DNA from: Candidatus Bathyarchaeia archaeon
Lineage (GTDB): Archaea; Thermoproteota; Bathyarchaeia; Bathyarchaeales; Bathycorpusculaceae
Assembly (NCBI GenBank): GCA_038883655.1
Contig: JAVZLQ010000003.1
Location: 64,001 to 128,000, forward strand
Direction of reading: 5' to 3'
DNA length: 64,000 nucleotides
Shown here: positions 40,672 to 50,686 of the stretch, piece after piece
Numbering within the stretch: position 1 is the stretch's first letter
Layout: the number at the start of each line of letters is the position of its first letter
Made by a program: the position numbers and the translations under genes
Notes under the pieces: model-generated
The model's input: the letters and a program-made list of their open reading frames with translations, nothing else
Told to the model about the DNA's origin: nothing
The model's database searches: none

Positions 40672-41997
40672 TCATTCAGTTTCGCTTGGAATCACAGGTT
40701 CATAGCTCTTTTCTCTGTCAACAACCAATCTACCATTCTTTATAACCTTGTCAACAAGATTCGCCCCAAAACGGTAGCCGAGAAACTTGTGGTTAGGTAC
40801 ATCCAAAACGATAACGTCAGCCTTTTTCCCCGTTTCCAAACTTCCAACTTCGTGAGCTCTCTTAATGGCGTGCGCCGCGTTGATCGTCGCCGCGGTTATG
40901 GCCTCTGCTGGCGTTAACCTCAAAAAATGGCATGCAAAAGTTATTACTAACTGCATGTTTTCCACCCAGCAGCTTGGGTTAAAATCTGTTCCAATGGCAA
41001 CTGGGACTCCGCTTTCAATCATTTTCCTTGCATCTGCATGTCGCCCACTCATTAAACTGAATGATGCGGCGGGTAATAAAACTGCAATTACGCCTTTGTT
41101 TGCAATGGCTTTGACGCCCTCATCAGACGCATAAAGCAAATGTTCAGCAGAAACTGCTTCAACCTCCGCCGCAAGTTCCGTTCCCCCGCACGTGCTCATT
41201 TCGTCAGCGTGAATTTTGGGACTTAAGCCATAATTTTTTCCTGCCAGCAAAATGCGTTTGCTCTGTTCCAACGTGAAGACTCCTTTCTCGCAGAAGACAT
41301 CACAAAATTCGGCAAGCTTCTTCTCTGCCACCGCTGGAATCATTTCATCAACAACCACGTTAACGTAGTCTGATGGCGCATTCTTGTATTCGGCGGGAAT
41401 TGCATGTGCACCCATAAAAGTCGGCACAACATCGACTGAATGCAACTGCGCGAGACGTCTTATTGCTTCCAGAAGTTTCAGCTCATCCTTTGTAGTTAAT
41501 CCGTAACCGCTCTTAGCTTCAACAGTTGTTGTCCCATATTCTAACATGACATCAAGAGTTTTCAATCCCAAATCAACAATTTTGTCGATGCTTGCCTTTC
41601 GGGTCTCCCTAACAGTTTTTAGTATGCCGCCACCAGCGCTGAGAATCTCCATGTAATAGGCGCCTTCAATACGCATCTGAAATTCATCTTCACGCGAACC
41701 AGCAAAAACAAGATGCGTATGCGGGTCAACGAAGCCTGGTAAAACAATTTTTCCATCCGCACTTATTATTGTTTCAGCCCTAAAGGTTTTTGTTATTTCG
41801 GAAGTTTTTCCAACCGCAGCTATTCTGCCGTCTTTGATTGCTAAACTTCCATTGTGGATTATTCCTAACTCGCGCATCTGCTTGCCAACGCGGGGCTTCT
41901 CGTTTCCGCCAGCAAGCGTAACAAGCTCGTTGGCATTCACTATGAGCAAGTCAACTTTTTCTCTTGCTTTGGTTTTGATGCTCTTACTCAAGGGCAC
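40672..41997 (-). CDS. hutI: Imidazolonepropionase
   Basis: PGFVDPHTH, GGGI, EAKSGYGL, GAHA, DVFCE, KIHADE, SAEHL, TDFNP. Confidence 0.95.
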   Translation of the reverse strand: MPLSKSIKTKAREKVDLLIVNANELVTLAGGNEKPRVGKQMRELGIIHNGSLAIKDGRIAAVGKTSEITKTFRAETIISADGKIVLPGFVDPHTHLVFAGSREDEFQMRIEGAYYMEILSAGGGILKTVRETRKASIDKIVDLGLKTLDVMLEYGTTTVEAKSGYGLTTKDELKLLEAIRRLAQLHSVDVVPTFMGAHAIPAEYKNAPSDYVNVVVDEMIPAVAEKKLAEFCDVFCEKGVFTLEQSKRILLAGKNYGLSPKIHADEMSTCGGTELAAEVEAVSAEHLLYASDEGVKAIANKGVIAVLLPAASFSLMSGRHADARKMIESGVPVAIGTDFNPSCWVENMQLVITFACHFLRLTPAEAITAATINAAHAIKRAHEVGSLETGKKADVIVLDVPNHKFLGYRFGANLVDKVIKNGRLVVDREKSYEPVIPSETE

Positions 41998-42907
41998 CGC
42001 CTTTTTCCATGGCTTTGTAAATCGCCATTTCTAAAACTCTATCTTCGGTTAAATTGTCAATTTTTAGGTAGTACGCGGCAACGTCGATAAGCGCCTTTAA
42101 CGGAGCCATACCGCAAAATTCAGAGCTGACTATCGGAACATTATAGCGTTCACATTCGACCCGTATCATTTCAAAAACACGGTAAAGAGGAGTTTTTTCA
42201 AAATCTGATATGCTCATTCCAATTTGCGTAATATTCTTTTCTGGAATATGCGCAGCCATAGCCTTAACAGTTGAAAAACCACCCCTTTTTGCATGTAGAG
42301 CCTTAGCAATCTTTTTGGCGATGCCCAAATCAGAAGTGCCCAAGTTAACGTTAAACCCAGCCATAACCCTTCTTGCGCCAGTAATCGTAGCGCCAGCCGT
42401 TGGATGTGGTGACGCTGGACCAAAATCTGGTTTCCGCTCGGGCCTGGCGATCATTTCGGCAAGCCGCTCATACTCGCCCTCTCGAATCCAGTCCAAATCC
42501 TTTCTTTCGGGGCTTGTTGCAGCTTCGCCATAAAGGTAAACGGGCACATTGCATTTTTTGGCTAGTTTTTCGCCGAAATCCCTTGCAAGCTTGACGCAAT
42601 CTTCCATTGTGGCGTTTCTTAATGGTATGAATGGAACAACGTCCACGGCGCCGATTCGCGGATGCTGCCCTTTATGCTGACGCATGTCAATTAGCTCTAT
42701 CGCTTTGAAAGAAGCCTTAAGGGCGGCTTCAAGCACAGATTTTTTGTCGCCGACGAATGAAACAACTAGCCTGTTATAATAATCATCAAATGTATAATCT
42801 AGTAAGAAAGTTTTCGGAGTACTCCTAATCTCATTCATTATCGCCTCAACAACTTTCGGGTTTGAGGTGCTAAAGTTCGGCACACATTCTATGATGCAAA
42901 CCATCAA
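41984..42907 (-). CDS. ftcD: Glutamate formiminotransferase (FT domain only)
   Basis: IECVPNFS, IDMRQHKGQHPRIGAVDVVPF, PVYLY, PDFGP, HPTAGAT..GAR. Confidence 0.92.
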   Translation of the reverse strand: MMVCIIECVPNFSTSNPKVVEAIMNEIRSTPKTFLLDYTFDDYYNRLVVSFVGDKKSVLEAALKASFKAIELIDMRQHKGQHPRIGAVDVVPFIPLRNATMEDCVKLARDFGEKLAKKCNVPVYLYGEAATSPERKDLDWIREGEYERLAEMIARPERKPDFGPASPHPTAGATITGARRVMAGFNVNLGTSDLGIAKKIAKALHAKRGGFSTVKAMAAHIPEKNITQIGMSISDFEKTPLYRVFEMIRVECERYNVPIVSSEFCGMAPLKALIDVAAYYLKIDNLTEDRVLEMAIYKAMEKGGALE

Positions 42908-42925
42908 GATTCTCTCCTTTTCTAA

Positions 42926-43008
42926 GCACAGACATTAAGAGACAGCGAATGAGATAAGTGTATTTCGGAGAAAAGAAAACGTTTTCCTTCTACACTCTTA
43001 GCCTGTGC
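42926..43008 (-). promoter_or_regulatory. Putative structured 5' leader of the hut operon
   Basis: Nested complementary segments GCACAGGC/GUCUGUGC, UAAGAG/CUCUUA, GUGUA/UACAC ending just before the SD. Confidence 0.35.
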
Positions 43009-43070
43009 ATGATGTGTTCCGAAAATTATATATTGCATATACCATGAAACCATTGCTTTAAGGTGATTTA

Positions 43071-44042
43071 ATGAAAAAATCACATATAGCAATAATATCG
43101 CTGGCAATGTTGTGCATTTCTTTTGTCGCGCCAGTAAGCGCAGGCATAACTAGCCCCCCGACATGGATAAAACCAGTGTGGAAGAATAAGACGGGTCTTA
43201 GTGCTGACCCGTTTTTGGGGGACGTTTCAGTAGCTTACATTGAAAATACAACATGGACACTAAACATTTGGGTTAAAAATACTGAACGCAATGCAACCGG
43301 GCACCCGGTGGACATAACAGTTAAAAACATTGCAGTGTGGTTTGACTGGAACAAGTTTTACAACACAACAATAAACGTTCTAATAAAATTCAATGACGAA
43401 TACTTATTCACTGTTAGCAACACAACGGAGTCAACAACAATCGCTTCGAACTTCTTCACTCACAGATACAGAATTTACATAGAATTTGAATACACAACCG
43501 TAAGTGGAGGCGTACCAGCAACCATAAAAGGCTCATGGACCTATGATGGTGACCGATTCGCAGTTTTAACACAAGCACAATTTAACGCCTCACAAGCTTC
43601 TTGGGAATACTCATTCCTAAAGAACACGGTAAGCACTTATGTTGCTAGTTATGCTGAATCTTACAGCCTTTACGTCCAAGCGGAAACAGAGGCAAACACA
43701 GCGCTTTATTACTATACACAAGGCGAGTTCAACGCCTCATTACAACATTATCAAACGGCAATAAACTTGATAAAACAAGCATGGACGGTCTACGTAGGCA
43801 TAAAAGCTGAATACGACGAAAATAAGCTGAACAAGGATAAAGCTGAGGCAAACAAACTTCAAGCAGAAGCAAACGCGCTGAACGCAAATGCCACAGCAAG
43901 ATTGATTGAGGCGAATGCGCTTGCACAAGCCATGGTTATAAACGCTGTGGCGCTTGCAATCTTTGGGCTAGGCTTCATGTTCTTCGGCATCGCAGCAATC
44001 GTTTATGCGTGGAGAAAGCCAAAGGCGCCAGCGCAAACATAA
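43071..44042 (+). CDS. Secreted, C-terminally membrane-anchored hypothetical protein
   Basis: Signal peptide, beta-rich domain with many sequons, Ala-rich helical stalk, C-terminal TM plus WRKPK. Confidence 0.75.
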   Translation: MKKSHIAIISLAMLCISFVAPVSAGITSPPTWIKPVWKNKTGLSADPFLGDVSVAYIENTTWTLNIWVKNTERNATGHPVDITVKNIAVWFDWNKFYNTTINVLIKFNDEYLFTVSNTTESTTIASNFFTHRYRIYIEFEYTTVSGGVPATIKGSWTYDGDRFAVLTQAQFNASQASWEYSFLKNTVSTYVASYAESYSLYVQAETEANTALYYYTQGEFNASLQHYQTAINLIKQAWTVYVGIKAEYDENKLNKDKAEANKLQAEANALNANATARLIEANALAQAMVINAVALAIFGLGFMFFGIAAIVYAWRKPKAPAQT

Positions 44043-44121
44043 GCTGCGCGCTTTTTAAATCCCAAATTTTTTATTTTTAAGATTTCTCAAACAGAACAAG
44101 TGCTGTCAGGAGAAAAATGAC

Positions 44122-44718
44122 TTGAATATTGAATTTGAAGTTCCAACGTGGAATCTAATATACAAAATGCTGTTGAACCTCGCTGAAAAAATAAGAAAAG
44201 ACGGGTTCAAACCAGACGTAATTGTTGGGGTATCACGCGGAGGTTGGCCGCCGGCAAGAGTCCTATCAGACCTATTGGACAACCCGAACATTGCCAACGT
44301 CAAGGCTGAATTCTATTTGGGTGTGGCTGAAACAAAGGGCGAGCCTGTCTTGACACAGCCTGTTTCCGTAGATGTTGCGGGTAAAAAGGTGCTTGTTGTT
44401 GATGAAATTGCGGATACGGGTAAAAGCTTGAAGGTTGTTAAGGAGCACTTGCTAGCGAATGGTGCAAAGGAAGTTAAAATTGCCACGGTATATTATAAGC
44501 CCTGGAGCATAGTGAAACCAGACTACTACGAAAGGGAAACACGGTGCTGGGTTGTCTTTCCATGGGAAACGAAGGAAACTGTTAAAAAAATTGTTAAGAA
44601 GTGTAGGGAAACTGGAAAGCCCATTGACAGCGAGATTACAAAGCTTATCGCGGCTGGAGCGCGGAAAAGCCTTGTCAAAAAATTTTTAAAAGAAGCGCTT
44701 AGGGAAGAAAATTGTTAA
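44122..44718 (+). CDS. Purine-type phosphoribosyltransferase
   Basis: VSRGG, VLVVDEIADTGKSL PRPP loop, WVVFPWE. Confidence 0.88.
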   Translation: MNIEFEVPTWNLIYKMLLNLAEKIRKDGFKPDVIVGVSRGGWPPARVLSDLLDNPNIANVKAEFYLGVAETKGEPVLTQPVSVDVAGKKVLVVDEIADTGKSLKVVKEHLLANGAKEVKIATVYYKPWSIVKPDYYERETRCWVVFPWETKETVKKIVKKCRETGKPIDSEITKLIAAGARKSLVKKFLKEALREENC

Positions 44719-45272
44719 AATATGTTGAAGAATTCGGAAAATACGTGCTTATTGCTGGTTTGAAGGGCGCAAAAATTGAGGATACAGAAAAGTTTCTAAA
44801 AAGATTCAGCAAAGAAAACCTCGTGGAGATTCAATTTTTTAATGCATGCTTTGTTGCTGGTTGGCAACACGTGTACTTCGCAGTTTTGAATGCACTAACA
44901 GCCTTCAAGAACAAGCGTAACATTTCAAAAAACTTGGCTATTGAAACAATTCTTTATGCGTCGGCGCAACGCCAGATCAGAAAGGCGTTGGAAAATCTTG
45001 GAATCAAGCCTAAAACCATGGAATTAGCGCTGATAATAGTAGGAGAGGAGCCGAGAACGTTAAAATCTGCTTTGAACGCAATAATACGCGCTGCCAAAGC
45101 AAAAAGAGACGACACGGTTCTCGAGTTGACGGATGAAAAAATTGCTGGTATACGGAAAATCTTTGGAATTTCAGATTTGGAACTCGAAGCGGTCATGAAG
45201 AAGGGCGACCTGAAGAAAGCGCTAGCCGATATTGTGATAGAGCGTATGGCACTTTTGGCAACGCAAGTTTAG
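44712..45272 (+). CDS. cgi121: KEOPS complex subunit Cgi121
   Basis: Q.FNA..VAG..H..FA...A..AF....NISK....E..LYASAQRQI..A....G, C-terminal ERMA. Confidence 0.85.
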   Translation: MLKYVEEFGKYVLIAGLKGAKIEDTEKFLKRFSKENLVEIQFFNACFVAGWQHVYFAVLNALTAFKNKRNISKNLAIETILYASAQRQIRKALENLGIKPKTMELALIIVGEEPRTLKSALNAIIRAAKAKRDDTVLELTDEKIAGIRKIFGISDLELEAVMKKGDLKKALADIVIERMALLATQV

Positions 45273-45275
45273 CTT

Positions 45276-45809
45276 TTAAAGAACCTTCTCTTTGATAACG
45301 GCTAAAATGTCATCCGGCTTTATCACGGATATTCCAGTCAAACCGCCAACAACCTCAACTAAAAGTATCTTGTCAGGTTTGTTCAGGTCCACTTTCCGCT
45401 CGATGTTTGCCGCAGCCGCCTCAATAATATCGCGAGTTGAAGTTTCTGTAAACCGCTTTTCCACGGTGACCCTAAAGGTTTCGTTCTCGCTTATTTTTGA
45501 GCTTAGCTCTGTGGCAACCCGCTGGATTTCGCCAAGGTCTGTGCGTACAACTTTCTCGATGGGAATGACCCTAAGAGTGTAACGGAACTCGTATGGGCGT
45601 TCACGCAGGATTTTGCGCAGCTTCTCCACAGCCTCAAACGGGTTCAAAACAGTTTTCACGGCAACCAAGCCAGCGACACCTGTCTTATCAACAACGGGTG
45701 CGGAATCGCCTATTTCACCTAGAAGGTACCAAAGTTCGGAGCAACATTCATCTTCATTGCCTCTTGAAGTTGTAACTAGTAGGTTAAAATCACGAATCAT
45801 GAGTGTCAA
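45276..45809 (-). CDS. Stand-alone THUMP-domain RNA-binding protein
   Basis: FNLLVTT.RG.E, RVIPIE, TFRVTVEKR, KVDLNKPD. Confidence 0.85.
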   Translation of the reverse strand: MTLMIRDFNLLVTTSRGNEDECCSELWYLLGEIGDSAPVVDKTGVAGLVAVKTVLNPFEAVEKLRKILRERPYEFRYTLRVIPIEKVVRTDLGEIQRVATELSSKISENETFRVTVEKRFTETSTRDIIEAAAANIERKVDLNKPDKILLVEVVGGLTGISVIKPDDILAVIKEKVL

Positions 45810-45869
45810 CCTCTATAGTAACAGTTTCTCTAATGCCTCTTTAACTTTTAAAATAAAGAAGAGGGGAGA

Positions 45870-48800
45870 TTAGGGTTTTGGTTTTAGTTTCCTAATGATT
45901 AAAACGGTCAACGTTACAAGAATTGTTATAGCAAACACTGTAGCCCCAAATGTTGCCCATAAAACCTCGATGCTTAGCGGAAGCTGCTCTTGGACAATCT
46001 TGTTTGCTGCCACTTCGATGCTGCCAACATGTGTTTGTATGCTGGCAACCCCATTTTTTGTTTCAGTGATGTTCCCCATGATTGTGTCTAACAATGTTCT
46101 TATCTCAACGGTTCTATCTGAAACTTGCACTATCGTACCGTTCAGCTGTTCCAGTGTTAGGCTGAGTGAACCAAACTTTGTTCCAACTTCAGCGATTACT
46201 TCGCCTTTTGCATTATTTATTAAGCGTTGGATTCCATCGAGTGCTAAAGTGATGTTGCCTAGCTCAGAAACAATTGTTGCAGTGGAGTTGTTAATTACTT
46301 CAATGTATCCTTGGACTGTTCCAAGTGTTGTTTGAATTTCTATAAGCCTATCAGAAAGTTGCGTAAGAGTCACATTAATCGCATCATTTCCACTCTGAAT
46401 CAGCGCCTTTAGTTCTTCAAAAGAAAGCGTCACCGTGAAGGCTTGAATGCTATACGCAGTTGCGTTAAAGGACGGAAGCGTATAGTAAACTTCAGCCTTC
46501 ACAGACACAAAGTATGTTCCAGGCGTGGATGGCGCTAGAAAACTCACGCGGTACTCTCCCACATTCACACGCTGATAGGACAATGGCACAACTTGCGTGG
46601 GCGTGATCAAGTTTACAGTTAGATTCGCATCGGTTAAAACACCGTTTAACACAACGGCTATCCTAACACTGACGACGTCGCCTGGTTCGTACTGCGTCCC
46701 ACTAGCAATAATAACATTTAGTCTTGACGCGTCTGGAAATGATAAGACAATTTCTTGTCTGAATAGCGCGGAGACTTCTGGCGGCGGTGGCATAGGTCCT
46801 ATGAAAGAGATTATTATGAAGTATTTTCCGGGATTGAATAGTGGAATTGCAAAATCCGTTTCTGCGAAGCCATCCGTAGGTATTGGTATGTACGCGACGC
46901 CCCAGCCGCCAATCGTTAAATAGGCTTCATCTGCAGGTATTATGTTAAGTCCAAAGATTTCAACATGAATCATGGAGCCCGGAGTTGCATTGGGATATTG
47001 TGCAGAGAGTCCGGCAGATATTACGTAGAATCTGGCTTCAACTCCCTTCGCTTTTATTTTGAAAAGCATTAGACCGTTTAGGGTTCTATTGGTGGTTACG
47101 GTTATGCTTGCCTCGCCATTGTAAATTTGGGTCTCAAAAGCGGCTGCGCTTTCATATCCATCCAGGAGGGGGCCAGAAAAGTATGTTTTAACAACTTTTA
47201 CGTTTAGTTTTTCACCTGTCGCGTTAACTCGAATTGTTGCTTCTCTGAACGATTTGAAAATCGGTATTGTGCCATTTGTAATTCCACCCACCTGAATAAA
47301 GTAGCTTGATTCGACTGAAGCGTCAATGTCTAAAGCGTTCACATCATCTATTCTTTCATTGCTGAATGGGTTTTCATAGACTGGAAGTTGTAGTCCAGGG
47401 TCTCCGATGATGTTTAACATGAATATGTTTGCGTAGACATAGTCTAGTATCGTGGGATCGAATAGCGGAACAACCGTGCTAACATATTCTTTTAGCCCTT
47501 CGCTGAATAGTTCGCCTAGGCTTACATTGGTCCGTGTTCCCATAAGCTGATTGTAAGCCTTTAAAATCATCGTATGTAGCATTGTAGCTCCATAGAATTC
47601 AGTGTTCAAAAGTCCTTCATCAAATAAAAAGTATATGCCAACTTCGAATGCTGATCTTGCTGAACCGATGTAGGCTATACCTGCGGCATTAGACATTAAC
47701 AGAGCCTCGCCAAAGCTTGGGACTGGATAGAATGGTGGAGGCAATATACTTTCATCCCAAGCACCATTCATGCAGGCAACGCTGGAAACTACTGGGAGAT
47801 TATTGTTGGAAGCATACGCGTAAAGGTCTGTGATGCTTGCCAATGTTTCAGCGGAAAACGTTGAATCGACTATTATGTAGTCTTCGAGGCTTATGCCTGA
47901 GCCATGACATAGCACAAAAAGCCATCCAGCGCCTCCGTTTCTCAAAATGTTTTGTATGGCACTTCTATTGTAGTTTTCATCTGTGCGCGTCAAAAGGGTT
48001 GTGTTAAACATTTGGTATATCCTTGACGAGTTATGCTTGAAAGCGCTGACTCGCCAAACATGTAGGTGAGACCAAACGGGTATCCGCCGGCCATAAAGAG
48101 GTTTCGCATCCAGTTGGATTGTATCGGAAACGTTGCACTGTACCATGAAAGGATTTTTTGTTAACGACTTTTTGCACACTTGCACTGTCGCTGAATGGTA
48201 TGCGCCCAACCGAACGTTCAGGTATCAGGTCATAATCAGCGCTTGCGTAAAAGTAGTCTGTGGGAATCCATCCTTCCCAAGAATCCATACGGGAAAGGTA
48301 TGCTGATTGATAGTAGAAGCTTGGTGGGACATCCTTAGCACTGCCTACCAATAAAACATTTTTCGGTTTAGTTTGGTTTATGTAAGAGATAATTTTCAAA
48401 GCCAAGGTCCAGTTGTATCTGCTCCTAAGCGTGGAGTATGCTGAATCAGAAGTGAGCGGAGCATAGAAGCCTGGAAATTCTGTGATGTTCTTTGCCGGTG
48501 GATATGTGCTATAAATGTTATCGGTGTTTTCAACTTTTGTAGTAATTCCTAAAGTGGAGTTATAATACTCTGCGAGTGGCTGGACTTTTTCGATTAACCA
48601 TGGAGTTGTGATTATAACCATTTCTTCAGAAGCCTCTTGATATTGCACCAAATTGTACTTAATGAGCACCTTAAAACTTTCAAAAATTGCCAAGTTGTAG
48701 GTTGCTGAATTATACTGCAGAGGATACAAGTGCAAAGTTATAATTGTTTTTCCACTAGATCCATAGCCCACATTATACTTAACTAAGCATCCCGGAAAAT

Positions 48801-49269
48801 ATCTGTTCTGCGCATAAATTTCCCTGTTTTCCTCGTAAACAATTGATTGATTTATTGCCGTTGAGTAATACAATGGTTGATGTGATGGCGCTACTTTACG
48901 TTCAAGGGATTCAACCCTGTACGTCACAGACGTCAAATCAACACTTACGTTTTCTATAACATATTTGTTCGGCAACTCAATGACTTGCACATCATAAGGC
49001 AATGCTGGGTATCCAGGAATGCTTATCCTCGCATCATAGCCTTCAAAGTTCAGAACAATGTATTTGTCAACTCTTTCTTTACTGTAGCCTTCCAGCTTGA
49101 AATTGTAGGAAATTGTTGCATCCGAGTTTTCAGAGAAAGGCCCAACTATCCCCATGCTGTTAAGGATTTCAATGCTTGTTGGTGTGACATTGGAAAAAAC
49201 TGGCGAAATAAAAGCGGAGAAGAGCATCGCCAAAATTATTTTCGCACAAAATTTGCTGTTCTTCTTCAT
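45870..49269 (-). pseudogene. C25 (gingipain-like) cysteine peptidase with propeptide and C-terminal TM, split by two frameshifts
   Basis: Signal peptide; PG.PALP propeptide; LLVGS..VP, TDYFYA, VGRIP; CHGS and SVACMNG catalytic motifs; FGEAL, GIAYIG, NIIGDP. Continuity needs a third frame between 48154 and 48011. Confidence 0.75.
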
Positions 49270-49339
49270 TAACGATTCCCAATTCTATCATAAAGGGCTT
49301 AACATATAAAATAGTGGTGTGAAGAGTTCGTTGAAAAAC

Positions 49340-49404
49340 GGTCAGTGCAGGTTAGTGGCTTTTTCACAGCTTTAGGGCTCTTAGCCGTCGCCTCACATCA
49401 TCCC
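49340..49404 (-). ncRNA. Candidate C/D-box-like double kink-turn small RNA
   Basis: GGG-AUGAUG...CUGA-CC termini, internal GA/GA K-turn geometry, TATA-like ATAAAT about 23 nt upstream, U5 tract downstream. Confidence 0.5.
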
Positions 49405-49438
49405 AAAAGATAAATGCCTACTGCAAAATTTATCTTTT
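49405..49438. repeat. Perfect 11-bp inverted repeat, possible operator
   Basis: AAAAGATAAAT (49405-49415) and ATTTATCTTTT (49428-49438) with a 12-nt spacer. Confidence 0.55.
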
Positions 49439-49520
49439 TTGAATTTGTTAGGACGTTAACCTTAAATTTAAGCGGAACAATTGCACTTGTCTAAAAAGCG
49501 CGGAGGGAGGATACAGGCAC

Positions 49521-50495
49521 GTGTTGAAAAAGGCATCTAGACCCGTCATTGTTGTTCATGGAGGCGCTGGAGCTTGGCATCCAGAACGAAGTCAACATGG
49601 GTTGGAAGGTGTTAAGCGTGCGGCGAAAATTGGCTTTGACATTTTGAGCAGAGGCGGAAGCGCTGTTGATAGTGTCGTAGAGGCTGTTGCGGTTTTGGAG
49701 GATGATGGTTCCTTTAATGCTGGTTATGGCTCAAGCCTGAATATTGAGCGTGAAATCGAGATGGAAGCCTCTGTTATGGATGGAAAAACCCTAAACGCTG
49801 GTGCTGTTGGACTCTTGAGGGATATTAGAAACCCGGTTCGTTTAGCGAGAATAGTTATGGAGAAAACTGACCACGTTTTTGTTGTCGGCGAGGGCGCTGA
49901 AAGACTTGCCAAAATTTATAACCTTGAGAGGAGAAACCCGCTGACGGAGCTTAGGCTAAAGTATTACGAGACGTACAAGAAGGCTTTGCTTGAGGGAAAG
50001 TATGAGTTGCCAAGGCTTCGTGAGCTGGTAAAGAGTTTTCCAGAAATGTTTAAGCTTGAAACTGTTGGGGCGGTTGCCCTAGACAAGGATGGCAATGTTG
50101 CGGCTGCAACCTCAACAGGGGGATTCCCGCTTAAGCTTCCCGGAAGAATCGGCGACTCACCATCAATTGGATGTGGCACCTACGCGGATAACAATTCTGG
50201 AGCCTGTTCAGCCACGGGTGTAGGCGAAATAGCGATAAAGCTTGTTTTGGCAAAGACTGTTTGCAATTACATGGAAAGCGGTAGAACAGCACAAGAGGCT
50301 GTTGAGATGGCGATAAAACTTGTTAATAAGAGGATAGCTGGAGTTTACAATCACATGGGTTTGATTGCCGTTGACGTTTATGGCAGGTTTGGCGCAGCGC
50401 ATAATTCTCCAAATCTCTGCTGGGCTTACGCTACATCGGAAACTTCAGAGCCAGTAGCCTCGCTAACCGCGAAAATGGTGAAGGAAAGTTTGTAG
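49521..50495 (+). CDS. Isoaspartyl peptidase/L-asparaginase (Ntn hydrolase)
   Basis: VHGGAG, FNAGYGS, MEASVMDG, TVGAVA, ATSTGG, GRIGDSP, ATGVGE. Confidence 0.92.
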   Translation: MLKKASRPVIVVHGGAGAWHPERSQHGLEGVKRAAKIGFDILSRGGSAVDSVVEAVAVLEDDGSFNAGYGSSLNIEREIEMEASVMDGKTLNAGAVGLLRDIRNPVRLARIVMEKTDHVFVVGEGAERLAKIYNLERRNPLTELRLKYYETYKKALLEGKYELPRLRELVKSFPEMFKLETVGAVALDKDGNVAAATSTGGFPLKLPGRIGDSPSIGCGTYADNNSGACSATGVGEIAIKLVLAKTVCNYMESGRTAQEAVEMAIKLVNKRIAGVYNHMGLIAVDVYGRFGAAHNSPNLCWAYATSETSEPVASLTAKMVKESL

Positions 50496-50614
50496 GTTGC
50501 ATGTGAAAGTTTGCTTTAGTGATGCGTTTATCGACAGTTGCCGAAGAAAAATGTTTAAAATGTTGTTGTGCTGCTTCACTACGCACCGACAAAAGTTTGG
50601 GAGGTGAAAATGGA

Positions 50615-50686
50615 ATGCGAGAGGAAGAGGAAGAATGGGAAGAAGACTGGGAAGAAGAGGAAGAGTGGGAAGAGGAAGAATGGTAA
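50615..50686 (+). CDS. 23-aa acidic Trp-punctuated micropeptide, not in ORF track
   Basis: MREEEEEWEEDWEEEEEWEEEEW*; GGAGGTGA SD upstream, TTTAAAA TATA-like box near 50554, T-rich tract after the stop. Confidence 0.55.
   Translation: MREEEEEWEEDWEEEEEWEEEEW

Noticed and set aside
45870-46420. Repetitive heptad/TxxG stalk at the C-terminus of the C25 peptidase
   Set aside because: A generic stalk before a TM anchor in archaeal surface proteins; no DNA-level tandem repeat seen.
48014-48209. N-terminus of ORF 45870-48209 as an independent gene start
   Set aside because: No signal peptide or clear SD and unnatural sequence; a third frame carries the C25-like sequence.
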